DNA of 63,564 bases, filler included, from Coriobacteriales bacterium (GCA_031263105.1; 6 parts of 6 records of this genome joined end to end with filler, not necessarily neighbours in it); one strand, 5' to 3'. Positions 38,808 to 49,436 are shown, counted from the whole stretch's first letter. The notes: generated by a model from the sequence alone, not told the origin. Program-made: numbers and translations.

Positions 38808-39869
38808 TCATGAAGCCTGCAGGGGCTCAAGGACGGCTGCGAGCGCCGTCCTGTCATGGCCGACGACATGGGTGGCGAAGGCCCGCAGGCCCGTCTCCTT
38901 GGGTCCGAGGCTCACGTCCGGCCGCGCCTCGCGCAGCACGACCTGGGTGGGCCGGGGACAGTCGGCCAGCTCGGAGCGCGAGCGCACCTCCTGACGCTTG
39001 TCGAGCGAGGCGTACTCCAACGAGGAGAGGTGCTCCACCATCAGGTCGGGGGCACGCATGCTCTTCTTGGAGCGTTGCGCTATGACCGGGACGACGGCAG
39101 GGTCGTCCACCTTGTACAGGAGCAGCACGCGGTGGCAGACCTGCCGTGCGGTGTTTCCTCCCGAGGTGAAGTCACGCGCCCTGCAAGGCTGCGTGTACGA
39201 GACGATCTCCGTCGAGTGCTCGAACTTGTAGGCGAAGCAGGAGCCCGACGTGGTGACGAAAAGCGCCTCGGGCAGACGGTAGTCCCTTGAGGCCGCCTGC
39301 GCACCGAGCACGATGCGGTCCGTCGGGCGGGCCTCGAACGCCCCTTCCGCCACCCTCTGGACAGCGTGGAACCCGACCGGCCCGAGCAGCTCGATGAGCC
39401 CATAGGCGACCCACGCCTCGTACAGATAGCGGTCGGTCTCGGCCAGATGCGCCGGAACCTCCTTCTTGACGAACGCCACGAGCCCCTTGGCATCCATGCG
39501 CCCCTGCAGGAGCCGTATCGCGGCACCGAAGAGCAGGCGCGCGGCAGTCGAGCGGGCGTCATGGCGGTAGTCGTCGAGGGTCCGCGACAGCTCGACCCCG
39601 ACGATGCCGGCCGTGGCCTTGAGCGAGGCCTCCACCTCGTCGAAACGCTGCTGCGCAGACGTCCTCAAAAGCCCCGGCACCGGTGCCAGGTACTCGTCGA
39701 CCAATGCGGACGTCAGGTCGTCAAGATGCCCGTAGAAGGCCTGCTTCGCCTCGGCGTCGCCGAAGGAGAGCGCGTCTCTCCCCACGCTGATGGACGGGTT
39801 CGCCTTCATGAGGCCCCGGAGGGCACGGTATGAGTCCTCCCATGCCCTCTGTCGCGTGTCCGTGACCAT
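38808..39869 (-). CDS. Hypothetical 353-aa protein in the molybdoenzyme operon
   Basis: From MVTDTRQ; co-oriented between the FAD subunit and xdhC. Confidence 0.65.
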   Translation of the reverse strand: MVTDTRQRAWEDSYRALRGLMKANPSISVGRDALSFGDAEAKQAFYGHLDDLTSALVDEYLAPVPGLLRTSAQQRFDEVEASLKATAGIVGVELSRTLDDYRHDARSTAARLLFGAAIRLLQGRMDAKGLVAFVKKEVPAHLAETDRYLYEAWVAYGLIELLGPVGFHAVQRVAEGAFEARPTDRIVLGAQAASRDYRLPEALFVTTSGSCFAYKFEHSTEIVSYTQPCRARDFTSGGNTARQVCHRVLLLYKVDDPAVVPVIAQRSKKSMRAPDLMVEHLSSLEYASLDKRQEVRSRSELADCPRPTQVVLREARPDVSLGPKETGLRAFATHVVGHDRTALAAVLEPLQAS

Positions 39870-39901
39870 ACGTCTGCGTCTCTTTGCAATCGGGCGACGC
39901 G

Positions 39902-40840
39902 TCAGGCGATCTCGAGCAGCGTCCGGCCGACCAGCGCACGGGCTATCTCGACCTTGTAGGCGTTCTTCGACAGGGGCTTTGCCAAAGCCACGACCGCATC
40001 GGCTGCGGCGCCTGCCGAGCCCTCGGAGATCCCACCGGCCAGTGCGGCCTCGGCATCGGGCATGCGCAACGGCATGGGGAAGACCCCTCCGAGCACCAGG
40101 CGGACGCCTTCCGAGCTTGACGCGGCGGCGCAGTTGACGAGCGGGAAGTCGATCGCCTTGCGTTCGGCGAACTTCTGGAAGGCGCTTCGTGTCTCGCGGT
40201 TGGGTATCTGTATCTCGGTGACGACCTCCCCGTCCTGAAGGACGTTCGAGCGGGCCCCGTTGACCGCGAAGAAGTCGGCGGCAGAATACGACGCCGAGGT
40301 CGTCTGTATGGTCGCGTCGAGCGCGATGAGCGCGGGGGCCGTGTCGTGGGGCGAGGCGGCGATGCATCCCTGCTCCGCCCCGAAGATAGAATGGTAGCGG
40401 CTGTCGCCGGTGAAGGCGAAGCAGGTGTCCCCTCCCTTGCGCAGGCACGGGAAGCGGTTCTCCGGGGTGCGGAAATACCAGCAACGGTGCATCTGGCAGA
40501 TGTTGCCGCCGATGGTCCCCATCTTGCGCTGCGTGGGGCCGGAGACGCGCTCGGCGGCGGCGGCCAGACAGGCGAAACGGCTTCTGACGGTCTCGTCCTC
40601 AGCAAGGGCCTCAAGCGTGACGAGCGGGCCTATCTTGACGACGTCGCCCTCCTCTTTGATGTAGTCGAGGCCCTCGATGCTCTTGAGGTTCACGAGCCGC
40701 CTTGGGTACGTAGGCAGTATCTCGTCTTTGAGGGTGCCGAGCACATCGGTCCCCCCGGCGATGAACAGGGCTCCTCCGGCGGAGGCGGTTGATGCGGCGT
40801 CGCTTGTGGAGGACGCGTCGAAATGGGTGAACGGTCTCAT
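39902..40840 (-). CDS. Xanthine oxidase family FAD-binding subunit (PaoB/HcrB-like, with Fe-S insert)
   Basis: AGGTD, GTIGGNICQMHRCWYFR..C..KGG..C, RKAIDF. Confidence 0.92.
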   Translation of the reverse strand: MRPFTHFDASSTSDAASTASAGGALFIAGGTDVLGTLKDEILPTYPRRLVNLKSIEGLDYIKEEGDVVKIGPLVTLEALAEDETVRSRFACLAAAAERVSGPTQRKMGTIGGNICQMHRCWYFRTPENRFPCLRKGGDTCFAFTGDSRYHSIFGAEQGCIAASPHDTAPALIALDATIQTTSASYSAADFFAVNGARSNVLQDGEVVTEIQIPNRETRSAFQKFAERKAIDFPLVNCAAASSSEGVRLVLGGVFPMPLRMPDAEAALAGGISEGSAGAAADAVVALAKPLSKNAYKVEIARALVGRTLLEIA

Positions 40841-40853
40841 GGTCTCATCCTCC

Positions 40854-43136
40854 TCAGTCGATCTTCCCGAGGGCCTTGAGGACCTTCTCGGGGGTAAGCG
40901 GCACGGACTCGGGCCAGGCGCCGATGGCGTTGGCGACCGCCATGAGGGGCAGGGCGCGGTTGAGATGGGCGTGCGCCACGCCGCTCGAGCCGTAGGCCCC
41001 CACCCCGAGACGGGACTCGACGGACACGGTCTCTATGGGCGGCGTGTCGAGGCGCGTCGGCACCTTGTAGTCGATGACGTTGCCGTTCAGGAGCACGCCG
41101 GTGTCCTCGTCCCAGACCACGACCTCCCCTTGGGCGATGCCGTTGAGCATCGCGACCATGTTCTCGATCTGCCCGGCCGCCGAACTGAGGCGGAACAGCT
41201 TGCCGAAGTCGTGCGCCACGAGGTAGTCGAGCACCTCGACGCCGCCGGTCCCAGGATCCACCGCCACCTCGCAGAACGCCATGCTCATGGTCTTGGGAAT
41301 CTTGCCCTGCATGGGCGAGAGGTCGTCTGAGAAGGCGGCGATGTGCCCGAGCGCACCGAGCGGCATCGCCTGGGAGGGATCCGCCTTGAGCACGAGCAGG
41401 GAGTCGACGATGTCCACCTCTGCGGGGCCGGACGCGCCGAGGCGCACGAAGCCGGCGCCCAGGATGCGTTCCCTCAGCATGACGGCGGCCTCCTTGGCGC
41501 CGTAGGTGGCGGACTTGGCGTGATCGGAGGACGAGCCGGGATTCCAGTTGGGGTAATGGGGCGAGAAGTAGCAGATGACGTCCTCGAGCCTCATCCCCAC
41601 CTCCTCGGCGATGACCATCTGGCACATCTCCGCCCAGTACGACCCCAGGACGGCCTCGGAGAAGGGCAGGTACACCTTGCCGTCCTCCTTCAGGGCGAGG
41701 GTGATGTTGTAGCGGTCGCCTGGCCCGTTGGAGTTGTCCCCGTAGCGCATCGCCGCGCCGTGCAGCCGCCCGTCGGGCAGCGTGCGGGCGCCCGGCCTAT
41801 GCGACTTCTCCGCCCAGCCGAACTCCTTGAGTCCTGCGTCCATGCACATCGTGAGCGAGGCGTTCTCCCTCATGTTGAGCCGGTAGACGTCCGCGACGTC
41901 CAGGTCGAGGGTCTCCGCGATCTTCTGCAGGGCGACCGTGACGACGTCGATCTCCTTGGCGGAAGGCTCGGAGGAGATGCAGGTGCCGTTGGTGTAGGTC
42001 TGCTCGAGCGTGGAGTAGAGGTTCTCACAGTTCGTGACCTCGAATCCCGACGCCCCGAACGTGACCGCGATGTTGGGGCCGCCCACGCGAAGCGACATCG
42101 TGGAGCGCACGCCCGTCTGGTGGACCTGATGGCTCTGGACGGCCGTCAGGCGCCCCTCGGCGGTGAAGCCGATCTTCTGGTGGAAGTAGTTCTGCGGGGT
42201 GCAGTAGTCGAACTCGTCGCGCCGGGAGTACACATAGCGGACGGGCACGCCGAGGCGTTTGGAGAGATACGGCGCCAGGCATATCCCGCGCTTGTTGTGG
42301 TAGTTGCAGTAGCAGCCCCCGATATAGGGGGTGGTGGAGCGCACGTGGTCGAGGTCGAGGCCCATCGTCTGACGCGCGAAGCCGTAGAAGCCGTCGTCGC
42401 CGAAGACGCGCGCGCCGTTGATGTAGAGCACCTCCCCATAGTCCGCCGTTCCCCAGGGGTCGGGCTCCCAGTAGGCGAGATAGGCCGGCGGCGTCGCCCG
42501 GAACGTGGTGTGGTTCGGCCAGCTGTAGTCGTACTCGATGATGTGGTCGGCCTCCTTGAAGCCCTCCACGACGTTGCCCTCCTCCCAGAGGTTGGCGTCC
42601 GCCCAGAGGAAGCCGCCGATGTTGCCTGCGGGGTTCATGTCGGGGAAGAGCAGCGGGGCGTCGGGCTGGGCGGCGACACGGGGGTCGAGCACGTGGGGAA
42701 GCACCGTCCATTTGACCTCGACGAGGTCCAAGGCCCTGCGGCAGAGCTCGTCTGTCCGCGCGACGACGACTGCCCCGCACTCGTCGCCCTCGTACTCGCC
42801 TTTGTCGGAGAGTATCGGCATCCAGCCGAGCGCCTCCCAGTTGTTGGGGTACTTCTGAAGGTCCTCGTCGTCCCAGCGGATGACGGCGAGCACGCCCTCG
42901 AGCTCCTCGGCCGCCGTCGTGTCGAGGACCTCCACGGTGGCGCGCCCATAGGGGCAGCGCAGGGAGCGGGCGTAGTACATGCCCTCCTTGACCATGTCCC
43001 GGGGGAACTTGGCGACGCCTTTGCCCATGTCCCAGGACTGGCGTCCCGGCTGGGAGAGCTGCCCGCAGTACTTGAACTCGGAACGGTCGTCGTTGGTGCC
43101 CGGATGTTGGGCAAGATCCATCTCGACAGGGCTCAT
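40854..43136 (-). CDS. Xanthine oxidase family molybdopterin-binding subunit, divergent
   Basis: LRCPYGRA, EVAVDPGTG, AHDFG, GQIE, DYKVPT; start MSPVEM overlaps upstream stop. Confidence 0.88.
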   Translation of the reverse strand: MSPVEMDLAQHPGTNDDRSEFKYCGQLSQPGRQSWDMGKGVAKFPRDMVKEGMYYARSLRCPYGRATVEVLDTTAAEELEGVLAVIRWDDEDLQKYPNNWEALGWMPILSDKGEYEGDECGAVVVARTDELCRRALDLVEVKWTVLPHVLDPRVAAQPDAPLLFPDMNPAGNIGGFLWADANLWEEGNVVEGFKEADHIIEYDYSWPNHTTFRATPPAYLAYWEPDPWGTADYGEVLYINGARVFGDDGFYGFARQTMGLDLDHVRSTTPYIGGCYCNYHNKRGICLAPYLSKRLGVPVRYVYSRRDEFDYCTPQNYFHQKIGFTAEGRLTAVQSHQVHQTGVRSTMSLRVGGPNIAVTFGASGFEVTNCENLYSTLEQTYTNGTCISSEPSAKEIDVVTVALQKIAETLDLDVADVYRLNMRENASLTMCMDAGLKEFGWAEKSHRPGARTLPDGRLHGAAMRYGDNSNGPGDRYNITLALKEDGKVYLPFSEAVLGSYWAEMCQMVIAEEVGMRLEDVICYFSPHYPNWNPGSSSDHAKSATYGAKEAAVMLRERILGAGFVRLGASGPAEVDIVDSLLVLKADPSQAMPLGALGHIAAFSDDLSPMQGKIPKTMSMAFCEVAVDPGTGGVEVLDYLVAHDFGKLFRLSSAAGQIENMVAMLNGIAQGEVVVWDEDTGVLLNGNVIDYKVPTRLDTPPIETVSVESRLGVGAYGSSGVAHAHLNRALPLMAVANAIGAWPESVPLTPEKVLKALGKID

Positions 43137-43855
43137 TGGCTGCCACCTCCCATGACCCTCACGGCCTCCTGTATGGCGAGAGGGTGACGTTGGTACGTTC
43201 CGCAACGGCAGATGTTGCCGGCCATCTCGTTGACGATCTGCTCGTCGGTGGGACTCCCGTACTTGTCGATGACGTACTTCGCCATCACAATCTGCCCCGG
43301 CGAGCAATAGCCGCACTGCATCCCGTCGTGGTTCGCGAACGCATCGAAGAGGGGCTGCCACTTCTCTTCGGCGGCGATGCCCTCGATGGTCTCGATCGCC
43401 CGTCCCTCGCATTCGATGGCGAGCATCGTGCAGGACAGGGCGGGGACGCCGTCGATGAGCACCGTGCACGAGCCGCAGCCTCCCCTGTCGCACATGGTCT
43501 TGGCGCCCGTGAGGCCCAGGGCGTGCTGCAGGGCCTCCTGCAGGGTCCACTGGGGCTCGACCTGCACCTGAAGGACGGCGCCGTTGACCGTGAGCGGCAT
43601 CACCTCGGGTATCGCGTCCTGCGGATGGTTCTGCTCGAAATGCTCCCTCATCGCGTCGTAGGAGGCAAAGCGCTTCCCGTCGATGGGACAGGTGTACAGC
43701 GTCTCCACCTCGACCGACGCAGCGACCGCCTCCTCCGCGCAGCCGACAAGCGTCCCCGCGCCGAGCGTCACGGCGCCGCCCGCTGCGGCCAGTCCTCCGT
43801 ATTTGAGGAAGTCGCGGCGGCTGACCTGCCCTGTGTCGAGCCTCTTGTCCTTCAT
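43133..43855 (-). CDS. [2Fe-2S] subunit with Tat signal and lipobox (PaoA-like)
   Basis: SRRDFLK, LVGC, CDRGGCGSC, QCGYC, GNICRC. Confidence 0.92.
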   Translation of the reverse strand: MKDKRLDTGQVSRRDFLKYGGLAAAGGAVTLGAGTLVGCAEEAVAASVEVETLYTCPIDGKRFASYDAMREHFEQNHPQDAIPEVMPLTVNGAVLQVQVEPQWTLQEALQHALGLTGAKTMCDRGGCGSCTVLIDGVPALSCTMLAIECEGRAIETIEGIAAEEKWQPLFDAFANHDGMQCGYCSPGQIVMAKYVIDKYGSPTDEQIVNEMAGNICRCGTYQRHPLAIQEAVRVMGGGSQ

Positions 43856-43984
43856 ACACGCTCCTTTCCCGTTTCCCGTGCAGCCTTTTGCAACAGCGCC
43901 TCCCAGTCTATTGTGAGCGGAAGGCGCGGGATAGTACGCATTTGTAGTAGGAGGTGAGGTATCTTTCTGGGATGGTGGGTACTA

Positions 43985-44137
43985 CCGAGCCCCCACTGTC
44001 ATTCCGAGCCTGTCGAGGAATCTTTGGTCGCGAAGCGACCAACGGTAGGTCGGAGGGCCATTCAACCTGCGGTCGACCGCAGACGCGGTCGAAGATTCCT
44101 CGACAAGCTCGGAATGACAGTGGGGGGGGGGGCTCGG
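43985..44137. repeat. Palindromic GTCATTCCGAGC-family repeat
   Basis: Termini and core as other copies. Confidence 0.9.
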
Positions 44138-44149
44138 ATACGTGCCGGG

Positions 44150-46821
44150 TCAGTCCCTGACCTGCAGGAGCAGCTGTGTGCGCGAATGGACGCCGTGCTT
44201 CCGGTAGATGTTCGCGACGTGCTTGCGGACGGTCTGTCGGGAGATGCACAGGCGGGTCGCGATCTCCTCCATCGCATAGCCTGATACCAGCAGGTAGAGC
44301 ACATCGCTCTCGCGGGACGTGAGCCTGACCTTGCCTGCGTCGCTCACCATCTGGCGCTCGCCTTTGGAGATGCGGAGCATGGTGGCGGCCAGGTCGGAAG
44401 GGAAGCCCGCTTGCAGCCTCCGGTGTCCGAGGCGTTCGAGGATGGGGGCGACACGGCGATGCTCGTTGTAGAACACCTGGCTCAGATGCTCGGGGGCGGC
44501 GGCCTCCATGGCATGGAGCAGGGCCTGTTCCGCCTCGCCCCTTCGCCCGGACTCCTCCTCAAAGAGGGACAGGAGCAGATGTGCGAGGACCGTGTCGAGT
44601 CGTCGCTCGGGCTCGATCCCCGCAATCGACGAGCGCAGCTCCTCGGCCTGTCCGTGGTCTCCGGCCAAAAACCCCGCCATGAAGCCCAGACGCCGGTACT
44701 CGTGGCTGTGCCCGTATGCGGCACGGGTCTTCTCGAGAAAGCCCTCGAACGGCACGAGCCTCTCACCGACGGATTCCAGGAAATCCAGAGGCAACGGTGC
44801 GATGACAAGGCCATGAGGGGAGACCTGCAGCGACTCGGCCATCGCCTCCAAGGCATCCTCGCGTTGCCCGCGCACGAACAGGAACAGCGCCCGAAAGGCG
44901 ACGGAGAGCGAGAGGAGGTCCACGTTGAAGTTCCTCCTGGTGATGGTATGGTGCTGCTCCTGGCTGAGCTCGGCCTCGGCGATGTTCCCCCGATGGAAGG
45001 CCGCCATCAGCCTGACAAGGTACATGTTCATATAGGTCACCCGATAGGGGTAGGTCGCCTTCTTCGGCAGGGCGAGGGCCTTGTCCGTGCATTCCAGGGC
45101 CTTGGTGAAGTTTCCCAGATAGGCCTCCGAGACGCCGAGGAAGGCATAGTTGTTGCAGGTGTAGATGGTGTCGCCGTAGACCGAGACCTTCCCGAGTATC
45201 TCTTGGACGACTCGGGCATGCTCAAGCCAGTCGGGCACCGAGGACGCGACCACGCGGGTCTGCAGCATGCTGCTGCGCAGGAAGTGATCGGACGGCGGTA
45301 TGAGGCGCATGGCCTGATCGACCGCCTCAAGCGACTCGTCATAGCGTCGCAGCAGCTGAAGGACCTGGGCCCTGACGGCTATGAACTCCGTATAGCCCTC
45401 GACCGCCTCCTCCGTGAAATGCTCCGATGCCCGTTCCATGCAAAGCGACACCAGCGGCATGTCGTCCTCAAGGAGCGCAGGGAGCGCGAGGATGGCACAG
45501 AGCAGCGGGTTTGCCATGAGAACCTCGTGCGGCAGCAGCTTCGCCCATTGGTAGAACATGTAGGAGTTGTCCTCCCGGTACATGACCCGCCAGTGCTCGG
45601 TCATCAGACGCTCGACATGGCCCCAGTCCCTGATCCTCACGGCGCACCGAACCGACTGGTTGAGGTTCCCGTGCCCGCCGTACCATGCGCTTGCCCTCTT
45701 AAGGACATGCTCGACCTGCAGGACGTCCGTCCAGAGCGCCTGACGGCGCAAGGCCGTCGCAAGAAAGGGGACGTAGCTGTACCAGGTCTCGTTCCCGGCC
45801 CTCTGCGTCTCCTCGACGATGACGCCGTCCGCGCAGAGCCTCGCGATCGTCCTGAGAACGGCCGCATGCCCGCTGCCGGTCATCGCCTCGGCCAACGAGG
45901 CGCAGAACACCTCCACTTGCGCAGTGACGGCGAGGAAGCGGCCCGTCGTCCCGTCAAGCTGCCCGAGCAGCTCCTCGACGAGATACTCGCAGACGGCATT
46001 CGAGATATCGGCATGCCCGCCGTCCGGGGCATTCGGGGCATTCGGGGCGCCCGCGCCCTTCCGCCTGCCTGCCTCAAGGGCAAGGAGCCGAACGATCGCC
46101 GGCCAGCCCTTCGTGTGCTCCCAGACGTCCTGTGCGCACGCATCGTTCAAGACCACGTGCTGCCGCGAGTACGCCTCCACGATCTCGTCACGGGTGAGGC
46201 ACAGCTCCTTTTGGGAGAGGACGACGAGGCGGTCCTCGAACAGCCATTTGGTCAGCCCGAGACGAGGGTAGGAGCGCGAAGAGACGATGAGTCGCAGATT
46301 GTCCGGCATATGCGACACCAGATAGGAGAGCACCTGATGAGAGGGGCCCTGTTCGCTCAGCACGTGGCAGTTGTCAAGAACAAGGAGGCAGGCGTCACGC
46401 GCGGCGTCGATGGCGGAAAGCAGCGCATCCACCCGGTCGATCGCGTCCTCCACCGAGTCGCACGCGCCCTGCGGCCCCGTGCTCGAAGGCGGAGGCGGGA
46501 CGGAGGCGGAGGCGCCCTCCGGGAAGGCCAGTGCCGCACACAGGTAGCCCATGAAGCGAGAAAGCCGTTCGTCCTGACCGTCCAGGCTGAGCCAGGCCGA
46601 CCGCAAGGGCTTCGAACGCGCAAGCCACGCCGAGGCCAGCATCGTCTTGCCATAGCCGGTCGGCGCGACGCGCACGACGGCCCTCACCCCCCCCCCCCCC
46701 CCTCGGTCAGACGGTTGAGGCGGGCATGGAGGCGCGGACGCCCGAGGATCTCCTTTGAGACCGACGGTGCGGAGACCTTCATCCGCAGAAACGAGCTATG
46801 TGTTGCCGAATCCTCAGACAT
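44150..46821 (-). pseudogene. MalT-like STAND ATPase-LuxR regulator, frameshifted at a G16 tract (46687-46702)
   Basis: N-terminal KVSAP..RPRL in one frame; APTGYGKT, AWLSLD, GWPA and C-terminal LuxR HTH in another; could be a sequencing error. Confidence 0.8.
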
Positions 46822-46891
46822 GGCATCCCTTATCCCAGAAAGTGTCCCGTATCCGTATGATATACGAAAAGCGCACAGGGGGCACCTCCTC

Positions 46892-46932
46892 TTGACAGGT
46901 CGCAGCAAGGTGTTATACTTAACTATAAGACC
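46892..46932 (+). promoter_or_regulatory. Sigma70 promoter with overlapping GntR/YtrA-type operator
   Basis: TTGACA-16-TATACT with extended TG; GGTGTTATA-N6-TATAAGACC inverted repeat. Confidence 0.75.
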
Positions 46933-47021
46933 ATAAAGGCAAAGTGGCGGAGGGGCGGCCGCGCATGAGGCCTTTTGGGCACACCGGACACAGGCTCACG
47001 GAAAGGATCGGACACAGCCCC

Positions 47022-47420
47022 ATGCAGCCTGCACTGGACAACGACCGACCCATCTTCCTGCAAATCAAGGAGGCCGTCGAGGGCGACATCCTCGCGGGGC
47101 TGCTCGCGCCTGACGACCAGATACCCTCCAACAGCCAGCTGGTCGCCTTCTTCGGCGTCAACCCCGTGACGGTGCACCGGGGCGTGAGCCTGCTGCTCGA
47201 GGAGGGCATCGTCTACAAGAAGCGCGGCCTAGGGATGTTCGTGGACCCAAAGGCCCCCGCCCTGCTCCGCACGAGGGAGCGCGGCAGCTTCGAGCAGGAC
47301 CTCGTCGTGCCCTTGACGCGCCGGGCGGCCCTGCTGGGAATCGACCGTGACGCGCTGCACGCCTGCATCGACAGGGCCTGGGCAGACGCCGAACATAAGG
47401 AGAGGAACGACCATGACTGA
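47022..47420 (+). CDS. GntR (YtrA subfamily) regulator
   Basis: PIFLQI, IPS, VNPVTV, KKRGLGMFV. Confidence 0.9.
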   Translation: MQPALDNDRPIFLQIKEAVEGDILAGLLAPDDQIPSNSQLVAFFGVNPVTVHRGVSLLLEEGIVYKKRGLGMFVDPKAPALLRTRERGSFEQDLVVPLTRRAALLGIDRDALHACIDRAWADAEHKERNDHD

Positions 47421-48162
47421 CGTGAGCTACGCCATCGAATGCACCGACCTGCGCCTGCGCTACCCCCACCAGCGCACCGAGGCGCTGGCGGGCGTGAGCC
47501 TCGCGGTGCCAAAGGGGGCCGTCTGCGGGCTGTTCGGGCGCAACGGCGCAGGCAAGACCTCGCTGATGGCGCTTCTGGCGGGGCTGCGACGGCCGAGCGG
47601 CGGCAGCGTCCGCGTGCTGGGCGAGGATCCCTGGGAGAACCCCCGTATCGCGCCGCAGGTGGCCTTCGTCTACTCCAAGGACAGTCCCGACGCCACCGTC
47701 AACTCGTTCACGCCGCACAACCTGCTGAAGATGGGGGCGCTCTTCCGCCCCAACTGGGACGCGGGCCTCGCCGAGCACCTCCTCAAGCGCTTCGACGTGC
47801 CGCCCAAGAAGACCGTGTCCAAGATGAGCAAGGGGCAGGCGGCCGCCCTGCGCTGCGCCGTGGGACTGGCTGCTCGCGCGCCGCTGACCATCTTCGACGA
47901 GGCCTACCTCGGCATGGACGCCGTCTACCGCAAGGTGTTCATCGACGAGCTCTTGGCGGACTACCTTGCGCACCCGCGCACCATCCTGTTCTCGACACAC
48001 TACATATCCGAGATGGAGCGCCTGTTCAGCGAGGCGGCCGTCATCGACGCCGGAAAGGTGCTGGTGCATGACGACGCCGACACGCTGCGTGAGAGGGGCA
48101 AGACCCTGCAGGACCTGTTCATCGCCCTGACGCTCAAGGAAGGTGAGAGCTATGGCAACTGA
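47413..48162 (+). CDS. ABC transporter ATP-binding protein
   Basis: GRNGAGKT, MSKGQ, FDEAYLGMD, STH. Confidence 0.92.
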   Translation: MTDVSYAIECTDLRLRYPHQRTEALAGVSLAVPKGAVCGLFGRNGAGKTSLMALLAGLRRPSGGSVRVLGEDPWENPRIAPQVAFVYSKDSPDATVNSFTPHNLLKMGALFRPNWDAGLAEHLLKRFDVPPKKTVSKMSKGQAAALRCAVGLAARAPLTIFDEAYLGMDAVYRKVFIDELLADYLAHPRTILFSTHYISEMERLFSEAAVIDAGKVLVHDDADTLRERGKTLQDLFIALTLKEGESYGN

Positions 48163-48937
48163 AGACTACGGCATGGCCGGGACAGGGGCCGGGGTGCCCG
48201 GCACTGCGGCCGACAGCGGCAGCGGTGCGGGCAACGACGGCGGCGCGGTCGGCAGAAGGCCCGGGGCGCCCGACGTGAGGCACGCGCTCGTCTACTACCT
48301 GCGCTCCATGGGCCTTGCCACCGCCTGCTTCCTGGGAATCCTCGTGCTGCTCTCGCTGCTGTTCGACCTCCTCATTCTCACCACCAACGTCTTGGAGCTG
48401 TTCGACCGGTCGGAACTCCAGGCGCTCCCGACCTTCGTCGCGATGCTCCTCACCTCGAGCAACGTCTTTCTGCTGGTCATGGGCATCGTCATGCAGACCT
48501 ATCTCGAGACCATGCTAGGCTTTGGACTCACGCGCAAACAGAACTCCTGTGCGCTCCTGCTGGCCAGCGCCCTCATGGCGCTCGTCCTTGCCCTCGTCGG
48601 CGCCCTCGGGTTCCTGCTGGGCGGGCAGTTCGAGCTGCTAGGGAGCCTGCAGGCCTTCACGGGCGGCTGGCTGTCGTACCTGATAGGCTGGTTCATCGTC
48701 ATCGGCTATCAGTACCGTCGCGTCCTTGCCGCCGCCCTCTCGACCGCGCTCGGGGCTGCGCTGTTCTGGCTCGTCGCCTCCTATGGGTCGTTGCTGCTCG
48801 TGCCGCTGATGATGCGGATCGACGCCCTGGGCAGGGAGGAGGCCTCGGCACTGGCCTACGGCCTCTCCCTGCTGGTCGGCCTCGCCCTCATCCCCGCCAT
48901 CCTCGCCCTCGCCCGCCGCATCCCCCTCAAGGTGTAA
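48152..48937 (+). CDS. ABC-2-type permease-like membrane protein
   Basis: About 6 TM helices; follows the ATPase. Confidence 0.75.
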   Translation: MATEDYGMAGTGAGVPGTAADSGSGAGNDGGAVGRRPGAPDVRHALVYYLRSMGLATACFLGILVLLSLLFDLLILTTNVLELFDRSELQALPTFVAMLLTSSNVFLLVMGIVMQTYLETMLGFGLTRKQNSCALLLASALMALVLALVGALGFLLGGQFELLGSLQAFTGGWLSYLIGWFIVIGYQYRRVLAAALSTALGAALFWLVASYGSLLLVPLMMRIDALGREEASALAYGLSLLVGLALIPAILALARRIPLKV

Positions 48938-49134
48938 TCCGGTTCACCCCCCCCCCCCCCCCCCCGCCCCACCCCCCGGGGGGGGGGGGGGGGCGCGGCC
49001 GGGGGGGGGGGGGGGGGGGGGGGGGGGCGCGCCGNNNNNNNNNNNNNNNNNNNNNNNNNNNNNNNNNNNNNNNNNNNNTTAATTAATTAANNNNNNNNNN
49101 NNNNNNNNNNNNNNNNNNNNNNNNNNNNNNNNNN

Positions 49135-49253
49135 TCATTCCGAGCCTGTCGAGGAATCTTCGACCGCGCCAGCGGTCGACCGCACGTTGAGGGACCCGCC
49201 GACCCAAAGATTCCTCGACAGGCTCGGAATGACAGTGGGGTGTGAACAGTAAC
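49135..49253. repeat. Palindromic repeat, truncated at contig start
   Basis: TCATTCCGAGCC..GGAATGACAGTGGGGTGTGAAC. Confidence 0.88.
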
Positions 49254-49436
49254 CGCGCGAGCGATTGTCCTGATTTCGGGCAGGGTTCTCATTGCTATTT
49301 GGCGGTCAGTTGGGGCATAATGGGCATTGGCGCATTTCTTTGGAACGAACAGTGCGCATGAAGTGTGCACGAGGTGGGCGGAATGGCCGTGTGAAGGCGG
49401 ACCATTTCCAAATTTCTTACAGGAAAAGAGGGCATC

